Below, one piece after another: positions 60,406 through 64,000 of a stretch of 64,000 nucleotides of DNA. The translations under genes and the position numbers were made by a program. Where the stretch lies: NCBI GenBank assembly GCA_051294905.1, contig CM119374.1, positions 2,232,001 to 2,296,000 of the forward strand, in the 5' to 3' direction. Under the pieces are notes generated by a model that was not told the origin of the DNA, did no database searches, and worked only from the letters and a program-made list of their open reading frames with translations. This DNA comes from Botryllus schlosseri. Taxonomy: Eukaryota. Each line of letters begins with the position of its first letter. Position 1 is the first letter of the stretch.

Positions 60406-63400
60406 ACTTCTGGACGTGGCGTACCTCCAGAAGCGTCGCAGAGTAAGGTAAGGCCAGCCGTTCCAAGCGGAACGTTTTCGATGGGTAGATTTGATATTGC
60501 CGTGCAATATGCTTGCACTTCCGGGTCAAGCTGGGCTTTCGCCATTGCCTAATAATCTAAGTCGAGTAATGGGTTAATGGGTTCAGTATATTAGAAATTG
60601 CAATCTGCGAAAGAGCGTCAGCTACACGATTGTTTTTCCCATAAATGTGCTGAATATCTGTAGTATACTAAGAGATTGCCGATAGGTGACGTTGCTGACG
60701 CGCCGACCAGGGCTCTGATATCTTCGCAAATGCGAATGTCAGTGGCTTGTGGTGGGTAAAGGCTGTAAAGTCCTGGCAGTCAAAAAAATATCAGAAATGT
60801 CGAATGGCAAGGTGCAGAGCCAATAATTCCCGATCAAAAGCACTGCACCTTAGCTCCGGTGGTCGGGGAGGTGTTTACTGAAGAACGCTAATGGCCTCCA
60901 GCGTTGGTCTATGAGTTGTTCCAAGACTGCCTCAACCGCGTATTGCGAGGCATTACCGTCAAAGCAGTCTTTGCTTCTGGTAAAGGATGTTGGAGAAGTG
61001 TGGAGTTGGCTAGAGCTTCTTTTGCTTTTGACCTTGCAGTTTCCATCTCAGTTTCCAAGTAGCGTTTTCGGATTTCCAGAAAGAGCACCATAGAGAGGCA
61101 TCATGATTTTCGTTGCCTCGGGTATGAACCGATGATAAAAATTGATCATCCCCGTAAATTCTTGAAGGTGGGTTTTCCGAACTAGCATTTATCGATGTTT
61201 ATTACAAGTTCGTGCTTGGATAGCCTTCCAAAAAATTCGTAAAGATGTCGTTTGTGTTGTGAAAGTGATTCACTCGCTACCCAGACATCGTCGAGGTAGA
61301 CAAAGACAAAATCAAGTGACTGGCAAACCATGTCCATCATTCGTTGAAATGTCTGCGTTGCGTTTTTAAGTCCGAATGGCATGCGTAGGAATTCGCACAA
61401 TCCGAATGGTGTAGTGATAGCCATTTTCGGAATGTCATCAAGTGCCACGAGAACCTGATGGTAGCATCGCACCAAGTCGATTTTAGAAAAGACATTTAAT
61501 CCCGCGAGGCGCGCGGTGAAGTCTTGAAAATGTGGGATTCGGGAAACGGTCTGGTGGCGTGACGGTATCAAGGCGCCTGTAATCTCCACAAGAACGCCAA
61601 CCTCCGGAACCCTTTGGGCCCATGTGCGAAGGCGAAGACCATAGGCTCCAGAACGAAGGATGATTCCCAACTCTAGCATTTTATTGAACTCAATTTGTGC
61701 GATGGCGAGTTTATCAGGTGCCAATCGTCTTGCACGAAAATGAATAGGCTGTCCTGTTGTTGAGATGATATGCTCCACCTTGTACCTGAGTTGTACAAAT
61801 GTACATGCGTAAAATGCGCGGTAATATTCTCGGAAAATTCAGCCAAGATTTGCGCGTAGCAAGACCTTCCCGTGCTGACAGAATTAAGACCAAGCGAAAC
61901 GTGTTCACTAATACCGAGAGGAACGCTGGTTAGGGAATGCAAATGAATATGGCGTTTGACATCAACCAGCAAGTCTTGCGCCCTAAGGCAATCTGCTCCC
62001 AGCAACGGCTGGGACTCGTCAGCCATGGTGAATTCCCAACCATATTTGCCTGACGGGAAAACCAAGGAAAGACGCCTGGTCCCGTAAGTACGTATCATGC
62101 TTCCGTTAGCGGCCGTATGAAAAGGACTAGAGGTTTTGTGTCTCCGTTCAAGCCTGGTGGGTGGACATACGCTCACATCCGCCCCGGTATCGACAAGAAA
62201 AAGGAAGTTAGACCTCAGATCTTGCAGTTAAAATAATTGTTTGCCGGTTGCCCCGTTTACTTCGGACAACCGGCTTTGTCGTTTTCCTGGTGTCAAGCAC
62301 AGGGCGGGCAAAATTGTCGTGCTTTCTTGCCAAATCGTCGATGGTAGAAGCACAAGTTTGAAACCGTTTCAATCGTATTCGGAACGGTCGGTTTGGCATT
62401 ACTCAATTTACTTATACTGTAATCGCCGGATCTCGATAGCCACGTTTGATGAGCGCGCTGAGCCAAATCTCGAGAGTTATCGAGATCCTCTTTTGCCAGC
62501 ACTACCCGTATGTTTTCTGGCATTTGCTGTAAGAATAAGTATTTGAAAAGGAAGCAGGGGTGATGATCCCGAAGCCGTGCGAGCATTTCGTTCATCATCT
62601 CTGTCGGTTTTCTGTCGCCAAGAGGTGACATATTCCACAGACGTGCAGCTCGCTCTTGTGGAGACAAGGCAAAGGACTGTAATAACCTGCTTTTGATTGT
62701 GTTGTAGGCTACTTCTCTGTCTGCGGTGGATTGTCCAAGACTTCTATCAGCTGTTTTGCTGTGGTCTGATCCAAAGCTGAAACTGCGTAATAGAATTTGG
62801 TTTCATCTGCAGTTACTCCTTTCAAGGCGAACTGTGCTTCTGCCTGTCGAAACCAAACTCGTGGTTCCTCTGCCCAAAAGGTTAGAAGCTTTACACGTAC
62901 AGCTACCGCATTCTGCTTGCCTGCTTGCTGATCAATCAATGCTCGTAGTGCAGGAATACGTTCCTGCCTGTTGGGGTCACCAATGATGCGAGATCTCCGT
63001 TTATTGCGAGCGAAGTTAGTAACTGACGAGTAAACGCATCAACATGGCATACATTGAGAAGGGACGCGGAAGCATTAAAAAAATGGTAATCAAATAATCA
63101 ACACGACCGACGAGCGCGCCTTGTAGAGCCGCTACAAGTTTACCGAAATTGAGAATAGATGATTTTGTTATGTTTACGGCGAATCTGGTTGTGTGGAATT
63201 ACCGAAATACCTACTTTTTACGACACTTCTGTGGTGTCAACCAAGAAAGTCCGTACTCCAGCGTAACCCGTCGTTCATCTTTTATGCGACTTCAACGTCG
63301 TTCGTGTTATTTTGGGTAATTTTATGCTAAAAAGGAGTACATATGGGGAAAAAGGCGGACATTTGGGCGAAAGGAGGACATTTCCTCTACAAGAGGATTG

Positions 63401-64000
63401 TATTGTATTGATAAGGTACGGCATTGGTGCTTATTGCCTCATGAGGCTATGTGCTCCACGACAATGTCACGATGGCAATTTCAATAGCACAGTTCTAATT
63501 TCAACAGTTCAGGGCATTTTTTCATGACGACTTTTCTTGCAGTCTCTCTTCCACGAATCAGTCTCTCCCTCTTCCATGCGCCTCTCCTTCATTGGATCGT
63601 TGCTGCCGACTTTCAAGCTCGGCTCACTGTACTTTCTGGGCTTTTTAAGTCACTGCAATCGTAGTGAGGTCGGCGATGAGGAGCCCAGACAAACCTCTTA
63701 AAAATCACGTAGATACTTGGTTGAGCCGAGAATCGAATTAACAACCATTGGTGTCGCTTTGCACACTGCGCGACTCGTTTCCCCCTCAAAAAGAGGACAA
63801 ATCCTCCTAAAAGAGAACGTACGATAACCCTAGCAGTAAGGTCATGTTATATACTCTGGCGTCGCTTCTATATACTATATCTGTTGGATTACCAGTATGT
63901 GATGTTTTGCGATGTTTTTAGTAATTTTATAGTGCATTTTGTTTTACATTTTTTATACAACTGTTCACTGCATCTTTTATCAAGCATGGTGCAAAGTCAG

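Larger units (their letters stand above)
59400..63044 (-). mobile_element. Decayed Ty3/Gypsy element (gag, PR, RT, RH, integrase Zn finger; 3' end lost)
   Basis: gag KLLTFWAEEPRVWFRQAEAQF; FLVDTGADVS; YLDD; HGLSH...CGICQR; PBS tggtgacccc; many frameshifts. Confidence 0.92.

Noticed and set aside
56542-64000. Further 7TM exons (TM2 onward)
   Set aside because: No phase-2 exon with a hydrophobic TM2-like sequence was found; presumed to lie beyond the window

Overview
AT-rich animal genomic DNA (spliceosomal GT-AG introns, tRNA-derived SINEs, many DNA transposons); an invertebrate deuterostome such as a tunicate is my guess, not something the sequence proves. The backbone is one + strand adhesion GPCR gene. 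I traced 20 phase-compatible coding exons by hand (3862-56541, 2866 nt, open when joined): C-type lectin, Cys-less Ig-like, 2x Sushi/CCP, a Cys-rich module, 4x EGF (2 calcium-binding), HRM, GAIN, GPS and TM1. The rest of the 7TM was not found in the window. The introns are packed with mobile DNA. The 24.7 kb intron between the two Sushi exons is almost entirely one ISL2EU-type (THAP-DDE + SWIM-YqaJ) transposon. That element contains a CACTA/EnSpm element, which contains a near-intact Gypsy LTR retrotransposon and several hAT elements; TIRs and TSDs can be read at every level. Fifteen hAT insertions have recognisable 8-bp TSDs. Two of them carry a transposase type I associate mainly with oomycetes, red algae and bryophytes (possible horizontal transfer; needs BLAST). 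Other highlights: a minimal hammerhead ribozyme in sense orientation within a host intron, a Gypsy primer-binding site matching a tRNA 5' end rather than a 3' CCA end, an Academ-like long-TIR element, and a decayed second Gypsy hit twice by hAT MITEs.
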